Positions 38,872 through 50,420 are shown, counted from the whole stretch's first letter. The stretch is 63,661 bases of DNA, filler included, from Hausera hauseri (GCA_046269625.1; 10 parts of 10 records of this genome joined end to end with filler, not necessarily neighbours in it), one strand, 5' to 3'. Made by a program: numbers and translations. Notes: generated by a model from the sequence alone, not told the origin.

Positions 38872-39655
38872 GAAAATGAATGACGTCCGAACATGGCCGT
38901 GTAAATGCTTCGGCTATTTTCACAGCAATTTTGCCATGTTCAAGCCCTGCTAATGGGGAACCATCAACTTCGATAATGATGTCTCCTTCTTCGATTTCAC
39001 CACAAATTCCGGCACAGCTTTCCTTCTACTAACGAAATTTTATCGAAACAATATTTTCATTCAAAACAACGAATTCTAGTTTATTTATTCCCGAAGTGGT
39101 CTCTATCGGCTTCGATACGTTTTTAACATCTTTAGATAGTTACCATCAGCATCTCATTTTGCACTTTCAATAGACTCTTTTCGAGTTTCGAGCTTCGTGC
39201 TAGTTTCTAAGCATTTATTTCGTTATTCCTCTCCCTAAACCTTGACGCCTTTGGTAAAGAGGGTTAACGGGATTTTTTGCGTTCTAAATCGCCCCATCCT
39301 CAGATATAACTTCTTTCTACCTTTTAACAGTGGTTTTCAATTTTGGTTGGTCAATCGGCATTTTGAGCCGTCAAGTAACATTCTTTTGGATTTATTTTAC
39401 GTTTAGGTAGCTTACGAAATAGCAAACTAAGCATGACAAACTTACATCAACTTTAACAATATATGGAAGTATATGAGGTGTATTAATGCCTCCTTCGATC
39501 GACAAACCGAGCTGCGGCATTACTTTGTAAACCGTTACGAATTTCGTAACTTTGTTCTGGGACTTTTTGATTATTTCTGTTTTTGGAATTTCAAATTTTG
39601 GTGGCCCCATCAGAACGGACTTTCTTTTGGGATTTGGTTCCACGTTTGTGTGCAC
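38801..39655 (-). CDS. WHRN: Whirlin/PDZD7-like protein, last two exons encoding the C-terminal PDZ domain (39655-39446, 39025-38801)
   Basis: Spliced product ...VTVYKVMPQLGLSIEGGINTPHILPYIVKVD|KESCAGICGEIEEGDIIIEVDGSPLAGLEHGKIAVKIAEAF...DVIHFL aligns to whirlin PDZ3 (LGIAIEGGANTRQPLPRIVTIQ...VILEVNGLTLRGKEH...IAEAF...DYIDFL). Canonical GTAAGT and AG sites, phase 0. Confidence 0.8.
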
Positions 39656-40156
39656 CTGTTCAAGATAAAACACTGAATTTTGTTCTATTAAACCAAAATT
39701 TAGCTCAGTTTGTTATATAGTATATTTTATGTAGAGTAATTATGCTTTGTATTATATGTTACGTCGCTTTTTACTTCTTCAATTTTCCCCTAACATGCAG
39801 AAGAATTTTGAAATTTCATAAAATTTTCTTTTCATTTTTCAACCAATATTTTACTAAAGTCCAATTTCCAGTTTGTCATTCATGTTATGTCAAAGTACAA
39901 TGTATTCGTTTAATTATCAGTTACATCACTAATATTTCTTTCTATAAAAATATTAAATTTACACATGAATTATAACATAGTAGGTGGAAAATTTATCTTC
40001 GACCTCACCCTCGGGAGTGGGGTTATCGATAGATCGATACTGCACCTGTGCCAATTNNNNNNNNNNNNNNNNNNNNNNNNNNNNNNNNNNNNNNNNNNNN
40101 TTAATTAATTAANNNNNNNNNNNNNNNNNNNNNNNNNNNNNNNNNNNNNNNNNNNN

Positions 40157-40335
40157 GTAGCGTATCGTTCAAATCCAGGTATTCATTGTCCGATGCCATA
40201 ATGTTGAATTGAATGTCAATGTTATCGTCCGTTAGCCAAATCAATGGGGTAGATTTCCTCAAATGCCTCATTGTCAATAACAACTTTTGGCGCCGTTTTG
40301 TCAAATATACACAATTCAGATTTTGCAGATGCCAT
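40157..40335 (-). pseudogene. Major capsid protein N-terminus, copy A
   Basis: MASAKSELCIFDK...IQFNIMASDNEYLDLNDTL, same as copies B and C. Confidence 0.8.
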
Positions 40336-40359
40336 TTGCATATCTGTCAGTCAATCAAT

Positions 40360-40732
40360 CAATCAATTTAAAATCGTACGACGGCGACGACGACGTTTGT
40401 TTATAGCTGATGATCTCGATGATGCACTACGGCTTTTTCTCATCATCAAGCCACTGCCAGCGAATTGGTTTTGACCGATTCAACGACTCCCGGTGCATCA
40501 CTTTTTATTTCGGTCAAGGCTTGTTCCTTCAATGATGGTAAAATCGATTTGTTTTCATGTAGTACGTCCTGTGCCGTATTGCTGCCACGGCATCGATACG
40601 CTTCAACACCGGAAATGCTAAGCGTGCCAATGTACGCAACCATCCAGAGCCATTCTGTTTACAAACAAAATACGGTAGTTCACCGCCCTGCTGAGGTTTA
40701 CTGTAAATAGAAACGATTTCAGAATCAGTCAT
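40360..40732 (-). pseudogene. pVI/PW-like virion protein, copy A
   Basis: QQGG and QxGSG adenain-type cleavage-like motifs followed by amphipathic WLRTLARLAFPVLK and an Arg-rich C-terminus. Confidence 0.65.
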
Positions 40733-40824
40733 ATTGTTGTTGTTGTTGTTGTTGTTGTTGTCGTCGTCGTCGTTGTTGTTGTTGTGGTTGTCGTCGTCGT
40801 TGTTGTTGTTGTTGTTTTTGTTGT
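40733..40824. repeat. (GTT/GTC)n microsatellite in Maverick intergenic spacer
   Basis: Directly visible; only a few GTT units at the same site in copies B and C. Confidence 0.9.
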
Positions 40825-40825
40825 A

Positions 40826-41834
40826 CTCGACAGAAATGAAGCGTTAGACTGGTTGTAGTACGTACAGAAATTCGATAAGGTAGCCCGCGTCACATCGGAT
40901 ATTCACTTCAACATTGTTTACAGATGTAGATACCACAGGTAGGTACATTGGATTATCCAGCTTGACAGTGGCATTGTCGCCGACAGTATACTTGCCGCTT
41001 TTTGGATAAATTGCTCGAAGTAGTGGTACACGTACTCCACCGACCAAAATCGGTTCGGTGACGTTTACGTAAATGTACATTTGACTTAGTTCCCTTTTCA
41101 GTTTGGGTTTAAGTGTTGCAAGTGTTGGCACATTATATCTCAAACCGCTGTTTTTCAAAATCCAATACCATGGCCAAAGCTTTGTCCAATGAAATATCGA
41201 CTATATCCTTATTCAGTTCAAATTTAATGTACCCATTTGTATCTGACTTCAAAACTTTAAATATCGCCTTGTACTTTTTATTAGAAAAAAAACGTGTTGA
41301 CACAGCTGTGCTACAGATTCACAATAGACATAGTCTCCAATCGATACGTATGACGTTAGCACCCTTCCTGTTGTATAGGTAAATTTCACAGTTGTCTGGT
41401 AATATACGGGACTTAACCTTGGAGCAACTATATTTTCACTTTTAATGTGATTGCCTTTGTACTCTGTATTTGTAAATCCAAATTTCTGCGCCATCTCAAA
41501 TGACGGAAAGGTAACGGTAAATTCAAAATTTGCCATGAAAGCTAAGTTTTTCCCTAAAATATAAACACAAATTTTGCCGTGTGAACCGGAACCTGTTTCG
41601 ACCGTGCAAATGGCCGATTCTTCACCAACCGTTATTTTATTGTTAGTAAATGTCAGAGGGCAAGAATGTGTTTTGGTTTCAGTAACGTTCTTGTTGTACG
41701 TTATTTTCATACTACCTTTCAATGTTACCGGTGCGTAGGGAAAGTTAAATTCCGTCAGTGCAACCTCCCATTTTTAGATAAATCAAAAGAATTGTTCCTA
41801 TCTACAACGTATTTACTGACGAAATTGTTCGGAT
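40826..41834 (-). pseudogene. Penton/minor capsid-like paralog 2 (long), copy A, N-terminus deleted
   Basis: WEVALTEFNFPY...MYIYVNVTEPILVGGVRVPLLRAI...NPMYLPV...VEVNIR. Confidence 0.75.
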
Positions 41835-41852
41835 GGTAATGCAGTTTGTTTA

Positions 41853-42515
41853 TTATCCACGACGACGCAAATGTAACGTCAAATGTGGCGTTGACCCAAA
41901 CAGAAATTTAATTGGTTCCCAAAATCCATCAAGCATATACACGGAAGCACTGTTCACAATACTGTGAGGCAGTGATAAGTACATGGGTCTGAGCATATTA
42001 ACGCGAACAGTTTAATTCGATGTTTTGTACTTGTCAGAATCCAGTTCGATAGAAGCCACTAGTTGCTTTAGTTCTCCGCCAACGAGTATTGATTTGGTTG
42101 AGTCCGTTAAAATGTTGATTCTATGAAATGCTGCATAGAGTTTTGGTTTGTATTTGGCAACAATAGATTGTCCAACAGTGTTTTGGTAGAATTCGCGTTT
42201 TTAAAAGTCTGATTCCGAGAAATGTTGTCGCATATAACTGCGAAGTGTATATTGGTTATTGTGTGAGATTGTCCGCAAACGGCTTGAAATATGGTACGTT
42301 TCTTGTCGGATAAAGTGAATACCACTGTTCTGACGTATTTTCATTGATGAAAATGTAAATGTGAATTCCGCCAAAGCCACTTCCCAGACTCTGTTGAGTA
42401 AATCGACCGGTTCGTCCAAATGCATGGTAAACTGTTTAGCGGTATTGTCATTGTCGTCATGTTATAATAATGATCTGTTACTATCAAGTACCAAGTAAAT
42501 GCTGCTGCTGCTCAT
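41853..42515 (-). pseudogene. Penton/minor capsid-like paralog 1 (short), copy A
   Basis: IYLVLDSNRSL...NTAKQFTMHLDEPVDL...WEVALAEF at the start and SILVGG...RPMY...THLTLH at the end. Confidence 0.7.
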
Positions 42516-43588
42516 TAAATCTGTGATGCATAAATCCAACTCAGTGCAGTGTGTCCGTACCACTTGACGAGATATTGTTTATTCGAAACTTTGCCACATG
42601 AACGTAGAATTTCCTGAATACGATATACATCGGGTTTCTGGGGCAGTACTTGCAGTTCCTGTTCGTAGAATTTACCGCACGTTTCCTCGCCGTTTTCATC
42701 CTCTAAAACGTACATGACATGTGTTTGTTTTGTGTTGATTGCCGAAATGCGGAAAACCTCGTCGCTTCAGTTCTGATTGAAATTCTTAATGAATGGCGTC
42801 GTACTTATTTTCGAAATACGTACATAAGCACCGATTTTATATTTTGGGTGACGACGTCCTTCTTGTCGGTTGGTGTTTTTTTGATAAAGCCGCATGTCCA
42901 AATCATCGATTACGTCAACCGGTCGTAATCCATTGATACTGCGATGTGTCGAATGATTGTATGCATGAATAATATCCGGCAGTACACCTATCCAACATTT
43001 GTTGCCCTGCTTCGTAACGAATTTGTTTAGATGACTGCGCAATGTTTGATTAAATCGTTCAACGAGTGCAGCCTTGCATTGGGAAAACACCGAGTAGTGG
43101 TTTACGTCGAACCGTTTCAAGACCGCTGAAACGTGGGTGTTATAAAATTTCTTACCCAAATCCGTTTGTAAGTGCTTCGGTTGTTGTTGTTGTTGTATCA
43201 GCATCTGAACAGTGTCGGCAATCTCTTTACCAGATTAAGATTTCACAGCAATTGCACGTTCAAAACAACTAAACACATCAACACACGTCAGCACGTACCG
43301 ATACCCATTATTGATGCTAGTGTACGGAATCATTTCCATCAGATCCATTTGCCACACATTATTTACACCGGCGTCACGGTATACACGAGTTGGAAACCGC
43401 CATCTTATTGGTTTGTTTAGGCTGTATGCTAACTGTTCCCCGAGTCAACGTTGGGTCTGTTGCCAAGTTTGTTTGACAGTCTTTGCCAGTTTGTCGACGC
43501 GAGTATAGCCGATGGAATGACGCGGGTCGAACTACACATCGCCCATTGTTGTTGCCGCCAATGGTGTCCGTTTTGCTGCTGCTTGCAT
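42515..43588 (-). pseudogene. Maverick rve integrase with C-terminal chromodomain, copy A
   Basis: WQMDL, LQTDLGK, ALVERFNQTL, YNHSTHRSI, KFYEQELQ, YRIQEIL...YLVKWYG...SWI. Confidence 0.9.
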
Positions 43589-43702
43589 TACAACAATTAG
43601 AACAAAACGTAAATGAAAGATTTGGTAAACTGGGACAGAAAGATAAAAACCATATACCCATATCGCCGAATCATCATATACTTACCATCATTGTTTATAC
43701 TA

Positions 43703-44029
43703 TCATGTTGTTGCAGAACCGATGAGTCCACCCACTAATGACACGACAATCGGTAGAATTGTGCCAAGGAATCCACCGTCTTGCTGGTACATAATCTCTC
43801 GTTTCAGTCGTTTACTGCGGGTGTTGGCAAGGCCAATAAGTCGTTTTCGATACTTTAGTAAATTCCGCTTTCCACTACCAATGTCAACGTGACCCACGAC
43901 GATATTGTACAAAATTTCCATCAAATCGTCTACTACAAACTGTGGGAATGATCGTAGCATGTTTCGCTTATGTCTCGTAGGTGCCTTGAGCAAAGCAATA
44001 AAGTACGGCTGACTACGGTTGAATTGCAT
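43703..44029 (-). CDS. Maverick small protein with C-terminal QxGGFL amphipathic peptide (protein X-like), copy A
   Basis: Intact 108-aa ORF ending YQQDGGFLGTILPIVVSLVGGLIG, a motif common next to Maverick ATPases. Confidence 0.7.
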   Translation of the reverse strand: MQFNRSQPYFIALLKAPTRHKRNMLRSFPQFVVDDLMEILYNIVVGHVDIGSGKRNLLKYRKRLIGLANTRSKRLKREIMYQQDGGFLGTILPIVVSLVGGLIGSATT

Positions 44030-44079
44030 GCTTTTTTGTGGATGTATTGATGATGATGATGACGATGAGACTTAGTTGT

Positions 44080-44263
44080 TTATAACCGTTGCCACTTTGA
44101 AGGTAATTTGCGTCTAGGTACTGATGTTGTTGTTCGACAAAACACAGAATTGATTAATCGTTTGACTGTAGCGGTGGTTCGTTTTTATACACGTTTCTTG
44201 CAGCCGGACACCCGCTTTGTAGTAAGTTTACGTTTAACAATTTATTTTTCGGAAATTCTTCAT
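44080..44263 (-). pseudogene. Small Lys/Arg-rich protein (putative DNA-condensing core protein), copy A
   Basis: MKNFRK...KRK...KKRV...RRKLPSKWQRL, homologous to 61439-61607. Confidence 0.45.
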
Positions 44264-44281
44264 TTTGTTTTTTTATCATAA

Positions 44282-44979
44282 TCATGTCGTTGATTTTCGA
44301 ATTTGTTTATAGACACATACACCACCTTTCTGATTGATAATGTCTGTTCGTACACTCATGTCATCGGGACACTGTTGTGTAAAGTCCATGAACAAGTATC
44401 CATTTGGTTCGGTCGTACCATCAAGATATGCATCTATTAAGCAGGCTCGATTGTGAAAAAATGCTTGCCGTGAAACATAATCAATGATAGTTTAATCACG
44501 GGGATTTTTGAACAACACCAAATAGTGTACGTTTATATTTCTTGTTCTATGCTGCCCGCCCTGATGGAACATGTTTTACGTAATGAAAATAAACGTCACA
44601 CCGTGGTGCCGCGCAATCTTCGTGAACAGGTTGTTGAGGTCCGATTGTTTCGCGGCTTCTTGAAATAAATCGGCAATGAAAATAACGTCACCGTTGCGTA
44701 GTCTCTCTGTCCAGTTCTCATCAAACCCATCAATTACCGTTATTGATTTCAGTTTACAAAATTCCCGATTTGTCAAAACATACTCACCATCATCACCAAC
44801 ACCCTGATGCCAGTATATGTGATTGTACCGCGGTTTATGGAACATATCACGGTAGGTCTGCAATAGTTTACACACAAAGTGTGTTGTGCCGCTTCCACTG
44901 GGGCCTACAGTTTGGAAATTGGCATCATTCTGCTGCTTTATCTAATAATAATAGTAATAATGCAACTTTTCCTCACCAT
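44282..44979 (-). pseudogene. FtsK/A32-like packaging ATPase, copy A (35-nt intron after ATG)
   Basis: Walker A VGPSGSGTT (K lost), Walker B VIFIADL, LFTKIARHHGVTFIFIT, NVHYLVLFKNPRD, KPNGYLFMDF. Confidence 0.88.
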
Positions 44980-45044
44980 ATGATTTGTTTATAATCGTGT
45001 TACACGCATATGTAAATAGCTATAGTATAAACACTGTTTCCATA

Positions 45045-45310
45045 ATGTTAACTAATATCAACTATCGCGGACATGTTACCTAGTGTGTCATTAACACACT
45101 ACCTTTTAATCAATGGAAACCGAGGCAGTATGTCCTCCGGTGTCCACTGGATTTTACATGCATCGTATTTCAATCGGGAAAGTGTCGTATTACGGGTTGT
45201 CGCAAACCAATCACAGCTGACAACAGTAAATTATTACCATTCGTAATTGTCATTGACAAAATCAAATCAATAACGGTAACGACTCAGTTAGACTACCACC
45301 AAACAATCAA
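45045..45310 (+). pseudogene. TATA-binding-protein-like gene of the Maverick, copy A (N-terminal part)
   Basis: MLTNINYRGHVT*CVINTLPFNQWKPRQYVLRCPLDFTCIVFQSGKCRITGCRK...IKSITVT; IVFQSGKCRITG matches TBP repeat-1 LIFSSGKMVCTG. Confidence 0.75.
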
Positions 45311-46460
45311 NNNNNNNNNNNNNNNNNNNNNNNNNNNNNNNNNNNNNNNNNNNNTTAATTAATTAANNNNNNNNNNNNNNNNNNNNNNNNNNNNNNNNNN
45401 NNNNNNNNNNCATTGATATGGCTTTATACTAAAATTGAATCCATCAAGATTCTCTTTGTTATATTCTTTGTAACTGATGTTTGTTAAGATTATACTATCA
45501 GAAGTATCCTCACCTAACCACTTCCCAAAAAGTGCTCAGATCGAGCTGGAAACCAGTTTTTTCCACCTATCCCGCAATGCTGAGCATTTCATGTCTGATG
45601 GTCGGAAACCCTCCGCCAGAGACAGAAGAAAATCTGTAAATGGACTTTGAACCGAGACCAATCGTTCCAGCCGGACAAGGTGAACAAATGTTAACAGCGC
45701 CGCGAAGCTGAAAAATGTAACCCGGTGGTACAGGAGACAGAAAAAGAAAAACGGACAATGTGCAACTGACAACGCAACACATGTTGCTGGTATACCCAAA
45801 TTTTGTACAGACGTAAAATTGTTGTTAGCAAGTCGAATGGACACGGTTTCCTCATCGTCCGACCAAGGAAACATGGGGAAAACCGGTTGAGAAAATTTTC
45901 GTCTGGTAAAATTTCCCCACGTTCAAGTCTGCCGATGATAGAAATAGGTCTCAGACATTGCCCGTAAGTTGGGGGAAATTTCATAACCGCCTCACGATCG
46001 GATCAACGGATTCGGGTGAAAAATGCAATCGAAAAACACACTGTTAAAAGTCAAAATCATTATCGTTGTAAATGCATTGGTTTTTTGTAAAAATCGTGAA
46101 TTTTGTATTGTACGACGACGACGACGACGTTTAAAACCGAACGCACAAATTACCACGAGCTCATAATTAAGTACTACTACTACTCACAAGGAGGTGGTGG
46201 TGGTGACACCTAAGACCGTCTGCCTACAAACTAATGAGTACCACCAAATGTGTAACGAAGATATTGTGAAGCTGCATATTCGGACTCACCGCAATGAGTT
46301 GAGGCGGATAAAATTTTGGCCTGACCCAGTTTAGGACACCTGCATATTCGGATTCACCGCAATGAGTTGAGGCGGAAAAAATATAACAAGTTGTATATTT
46401 AATAATCACAATAACACTCTGCCTGTCTATTCAAAAAAGCGGAATACGTTTAGTCAATGT

Positions 46461-46868
46461 TCACAATAATGTATGTAATGTACGTTGCAATAGGTAGTAA
46501 TGTCCACGCAATAGGGTAAGTGGATGTTGATAATGAAGTCGATTATATTCAACACGATGATATGTTTGTCTTTCAATTTGAGAAACTAACGATGACGGTT
46601 AATAATACCCGACCGGATCGAATGCCTTGACGAAGGTCGGATGTACGTACACCACAATCCAATGTTTGCCCGGTAACAATGAACTGTGTGAATTAACGAT
46701 GAAATCTCAGCTACCATTTTGTCTTAATTCACGCGGCACACGGTCCATTGGAAACACACCGCGAAATTTTGCGCCCATGAGTAGTTTTCCATAGTGACCG
46801 TGTTCAGTTGAGCTAAACGTAAAACGTGATTTAATCATAATTGTAATAATGGTAATAAATTACTTCAT
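46461..46868 (-). pseudogene. Adenain-like cysteine protease, copy C (51-nt intron in codon 2)
   Basis: MN|STE...FRGVFPMD...IVNSHSSLLPGKHW...FDP...YQHPLTLL(R)G; catalytic His, Asp and Gln present, Cys codon mutated. Confidence 0.85.
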
Positions 46869-46896
46869 GGTACAAAGAGGAAGAAGAAGGTTTTAT

Positions 46897-48059
46897 TTAT
46901 ACAATGACTGTTCCGTTTTTCGTTATGTCCACCTCGGCATGAAATACACCGTAAAAGTACATCATGGTAGACTGCTCCAACGCTTTAGCAAAGTGATTCT
47001 CCAATCGTATGTTTGCCTGTTTGGGTAGATGAATCTGTTCAAAGACATAACCCGGAGCCAGGACAAAGATGAAGAATGGATATGTGGACCCGACCAAATC
47101 CATCGATATGTCATTGCTGACGTTTTTGCTCAGCAAACCCTTGTTGCGCCCTATGGATATGTGCAAACATAATTATTAAACTGAATGTCTTGTTAGTACG
47201 TCTCAACGAAATCCGCATTCCGACCCAAACTGATGTCATTTACATTGCTAGGCGTAAACGTTTCAGAATCGGTGGTATATCTGCCCGTTTGTTGAGCAGT
47301 CGTTTGAAATGTAACGAGCGCAAATTTCGGCAATCACATGTCGCCAAAGAGTGAGTCCTTGTAAACGTTGTCGAACCTTTTGGTATGGTGTAAAAGAAGG
47401 GTTCTGTGCGTTGTATTGGGTTTTGTGTTTTCAAGCCAAATCGATGTTCCATGAGCACAGATGGTTCTACCTTTACACGACGAACGTATAATCGTGCCTC
47501 GGTAATTTTCAGTATGGATTTGAGATTTGCAACTGCGGTTCTCAAACAAAAGACACTGTTGCTTCGTTTGAGCCGAATAATGGCTTTAACACCGGGTGGT
47601 AGGTATTTCGGCTAATCGAAAAAGTCAAAGTACAGCGGTCCACACATTGTAAGTGCTTTTGATTTTCCAACCCATGCCAGACGGTGTGCTGCCGTGGCGT
47701 CATATCCTATGGTTTTTGCCAAATGAGTCGTTTTCATGTCAGTACTGTAATTCAGAGCCGTTTAGAGTCAGTGAAAACTCTTGGAACAGTGTGAGGCAAA
47801 GGTAATTGGCCGGTGTAACAGTGTTTGTTTCAGCGAGAACCGTTGATGCATCCTTTTTAACAATGACTTTTACATACAGTAGCGTATCGTTCAAATCCAG
47901 GTATTCATTGTCCGATTCCATAACGTTGAATTGAATGTCAATGTTATCGTCCGTTGAAACCGAGTCAACGGGGTAGATTTCTTCAAATGCCGCATTGTCG
48001 ATAACAACTTGTGGTGCGGCTTTGTCGAATATGCACCATTTAAATTTTGCAGATGCCAT
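46897..48059 (-). pseudogene. Major capsid protein (double jelly-roll, PY-type), copy C
   Basis: YLDLNDTLLYVKV, GPLYFDFF...YLPPGVK, LKITEARLYVRRVKV, NIRLENHFAKAL...YGVF, typical of Maverick MCP. Confidence 0.85.
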
Positions 48060-48069
48060 TTGTCTATCA

Positions 48070-48419
48070 ATCAATCGATCGAAAATTGTAAGACGACGAC
48101 GTTTGTTTATAATTGAAAAGCTAGCTGATCTACCACGTTTTCTCAAGCCACTACCAGCGAATCGTTTTTTGACTAATTCAACGACTCCCTGTGCAGCGCT
48201 TTTTATTTCGGACAAGGCATCTTCCTTCAGTGATGGTAAAATCGATTTGTTTTCATATAGTACATCCTGTGCTGTTTTACTACCACGGCTCCAATAGGCT
48301 TCAACACCGGAAATGCTAGACGTGCCAATGTACGCAACCGTCTAGAGCCATACTGTTTACGGTAGTTTACCGCCCTGCTGCAGTTTACTGTAAATGGATA
48401 CGATTTCAGAATCAATCAT
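48070..48419 (-). pseudogene. pVI/PW-like virion protein, copy C
   Basis: KQYGSRRLRTLARLAFPVLK...FAGSGLRKR...INKRRR. Confidence 0.65.
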
Positions 48420-48423
48420 GTTG

Positions 48424-49466
48424 TTAGATTAGACGGAAATGAAAAGTTAGACTGGTTGAGGTACCGTACGGAAAGTCAATAAAGTAGCTTGCGTCATATC
48501 TGATATTGACTTCAACATTGTTTATAGATGTAGTTGCCACAGGTAGGTACATTAAATTATCTAGCTTGACAGTGACATTTTCGCCAGCAGTGTACTTGCT
48601 CCTTTCCGGATAAATTGCACGGAGTAGCGGTACACGTACACCACCAACCAAAAACGGTTCGGTGACGTTCACATTTGACTTAGCCCAGTTTTCAGTTTGT
48701 GTTTAAGTGTTGCAACATGTTCTGTCTTCGTATTCGATGTCTCAAACCGCTGTATTTCAAAACCCAATACCATGGCCAAAGCCTTGTCCAATGAAATGTC
48801 GATATCCTTAGCCAGTTCAAGTTTAATGTACTCACTTGCATCTGACTCGAAAACTTTAAATATCATCTTGCACTTTTGATTTGAAGAAAAGTGTTAACAA
48901 AGATGTGCTACAGATTCGCAATAGACATTGTCTCCTATCGATACGTATGATGTTGACACGATTTCTGCTGTATAGGTAAATTTCACCGTTGTCTGGTAAT
49001 GTAGGGGCTTAATCTTGGAGCAACTGCATATTCACTTTTAATATTTTTATCTTTGTACTCTGTATTTTTGAATCCAAATTTCTGCGCCATCAGAGGACTG
49101 AAAGGTGACAGTAAATTCAAAACCTGCCATAAAATGTAAGTTTTGAACTAAAAACATGGATTTTGCCGTGTAAACCGTAATTTGCTTCGGTCGTGCAAAT
49201 GCCCGATTCTCCAACTGTTATTTTATTGTTAGTAAGTGTCAGAGGACATGAATCAATTTCGGTTTCAGTAACAGTCTTGTCGTACGTTATTTGTATACTA
49301 TCTTTCAATGTCACCGGTGCGTAGGGAAAGTAAAATTCCGTCAGTGCAACCACCCATTTCCAGATAAATCCAAAGGATTGTTCCAATCTACAACGTATTC
49401 ACTGGCTGAATTGTTCGGACGAGTCGTCAGACAACTGCTGCTCGGCAAAACCATGTAAATGCTCAT
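48424..49466 (-). pseudogene. Penton/minor capsid-like paralog 2, copy C
   Basis: MSIYMVLPSSSC...NNSASEY...PLDLS...LVGGVRVPLLRAI...MYLPV...YGTSTSLTFHFR. Confidence 0.78.
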
Positions 49467-49745
49467 GATCTCGATGATATCGATAATCTCGATGATCAAG
49501 ATGATCAAGATGATCAAGATGATCAAGATGATCAAGATGATCAAGATGATCGAGATGATCAAGATGATCAAGATGATCAAGATGATCAAGATGATCTCGA
49601 TGATCTCGATGATCTCGATGATCTCGATGATCTCGATGATCTCGATGATTATGATGATCTCGATGATGATGATGATCTCGATGATGATGATGATCTCGAT
49701 GATGATGATGATCTCGATGATGATGATGATCTCGATGATGATGAT
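49465..49745. repeat. Compound minisatellite (GATGATCAA)n / (GATGATCTC)n / 15-mer
   Basis: Directly visible; runs into the contig end. Confidence 0.95.
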
Positions 49746-49845
49746 NNNNNNNNNNNNNNNNNNNNNNNNNNNNNNNNNNNNNNNNNNNNTTAATTAATTA
49801 ANNNNNNNNNNNNNNNNNNNNNNNNNNNNNNNNNNNNNNNNNNNN

Positions 49846-50420
49846 ATCACTTTTCCAATTACTCCTTCAACAAATGGCATCACTGGTGCTACCATATCTG
49901 GATTCATTATTACCAAAGCCATACTGTTTCGTATTATTTCATAATTTAATTTACGCTCATTCATATTTTTTCTCTGCATAAACTTCTAATCTCTTTCCTT
50001 ACATAGTTGATTAAGAAATCAATCTTATTATCAAAATATTGCGTTAATTTTATATCCTTTTTATTTATCTTTGTCGTTGCTCCAGGTATTTCTTTTGATG
50101 ATAAGAAAATACCTTTATAATTAGTTCTAAATATTTCTTCGTTACATTTGTTTATCGTTCCGGTGACTTTAAATCGCATCATTTCCTCTGGATTTGCCGA
50201 ATACACGATTGTAGCTACTTCCGTCATCTTAACTTCCTTCGTTCTTTTTTTATACGTTGGTGTATCCTTCTCAACCATGCTACCCACTGTCTTATTGAAT
50301 CTTCCTTCTTTCAACAGCGTTAATTGACACTTGTTTATAGGTGCTTCCCATGTCATTTTTGATTCTCCGGTATTGCATTCACCACTGTCATATTCGCATT
50401 CACTTGTTAGATGTAGGGGT
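49846..50420 (-). pseudogene. Env-like glycoprotein remnant resembling chuvirus G / gB-like class III fusogens of LTR elements
   Basis: CEYDSGECNTGESKMTWEAPINKCQLTLL...C...IFRTNYKGIF...DIKLTQYFDNKIDFL...NPDMVA shows the Cys/Trp and helix pattern of this family, recognised by eye. Confidence 0.55.

Larger units (their letters stand above)
40157..45310 (-). mobile_element. Maverick/Polinton-like endogenous virus, copy A (ATPase to major capsid N-terminus, plus divergent TBP-like gene)
   Basis: Collinear packaging ATPase, rve integrase with chromodomain, penton-like genes and capsid gene; many stops and frameshifts. Confidence 0.9.
45515..49466 (-). mobile_element. Maverick/Polinton-like endogenous virus, copy C (penton to protease plus conserved downstream block)
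   Basis: Collinear with 54260-58307. Confidence 0.9.

Noticed and set aside
45536-45984. Overlapping minus-strand ORFs, also at 54145-54708
   Set aside because: Frames are not preserved between the two homologous copies and no motif was recognised.
46272-46382. CRISPR-like repeat-spacer-repeat
   Set aside because: Only two units, eukaryotic context, no cas genes.
47739-48215. Apparent pVI-MCP fusion protein in copy C
   Set aside because: Copies A and B have TGA where C has CGA, so this is most likely a post-insertion point mutation.
49341-49797. MIK/MIS and ILI repeat ORFs
   Set aside because: These are translations of a minisatellite.
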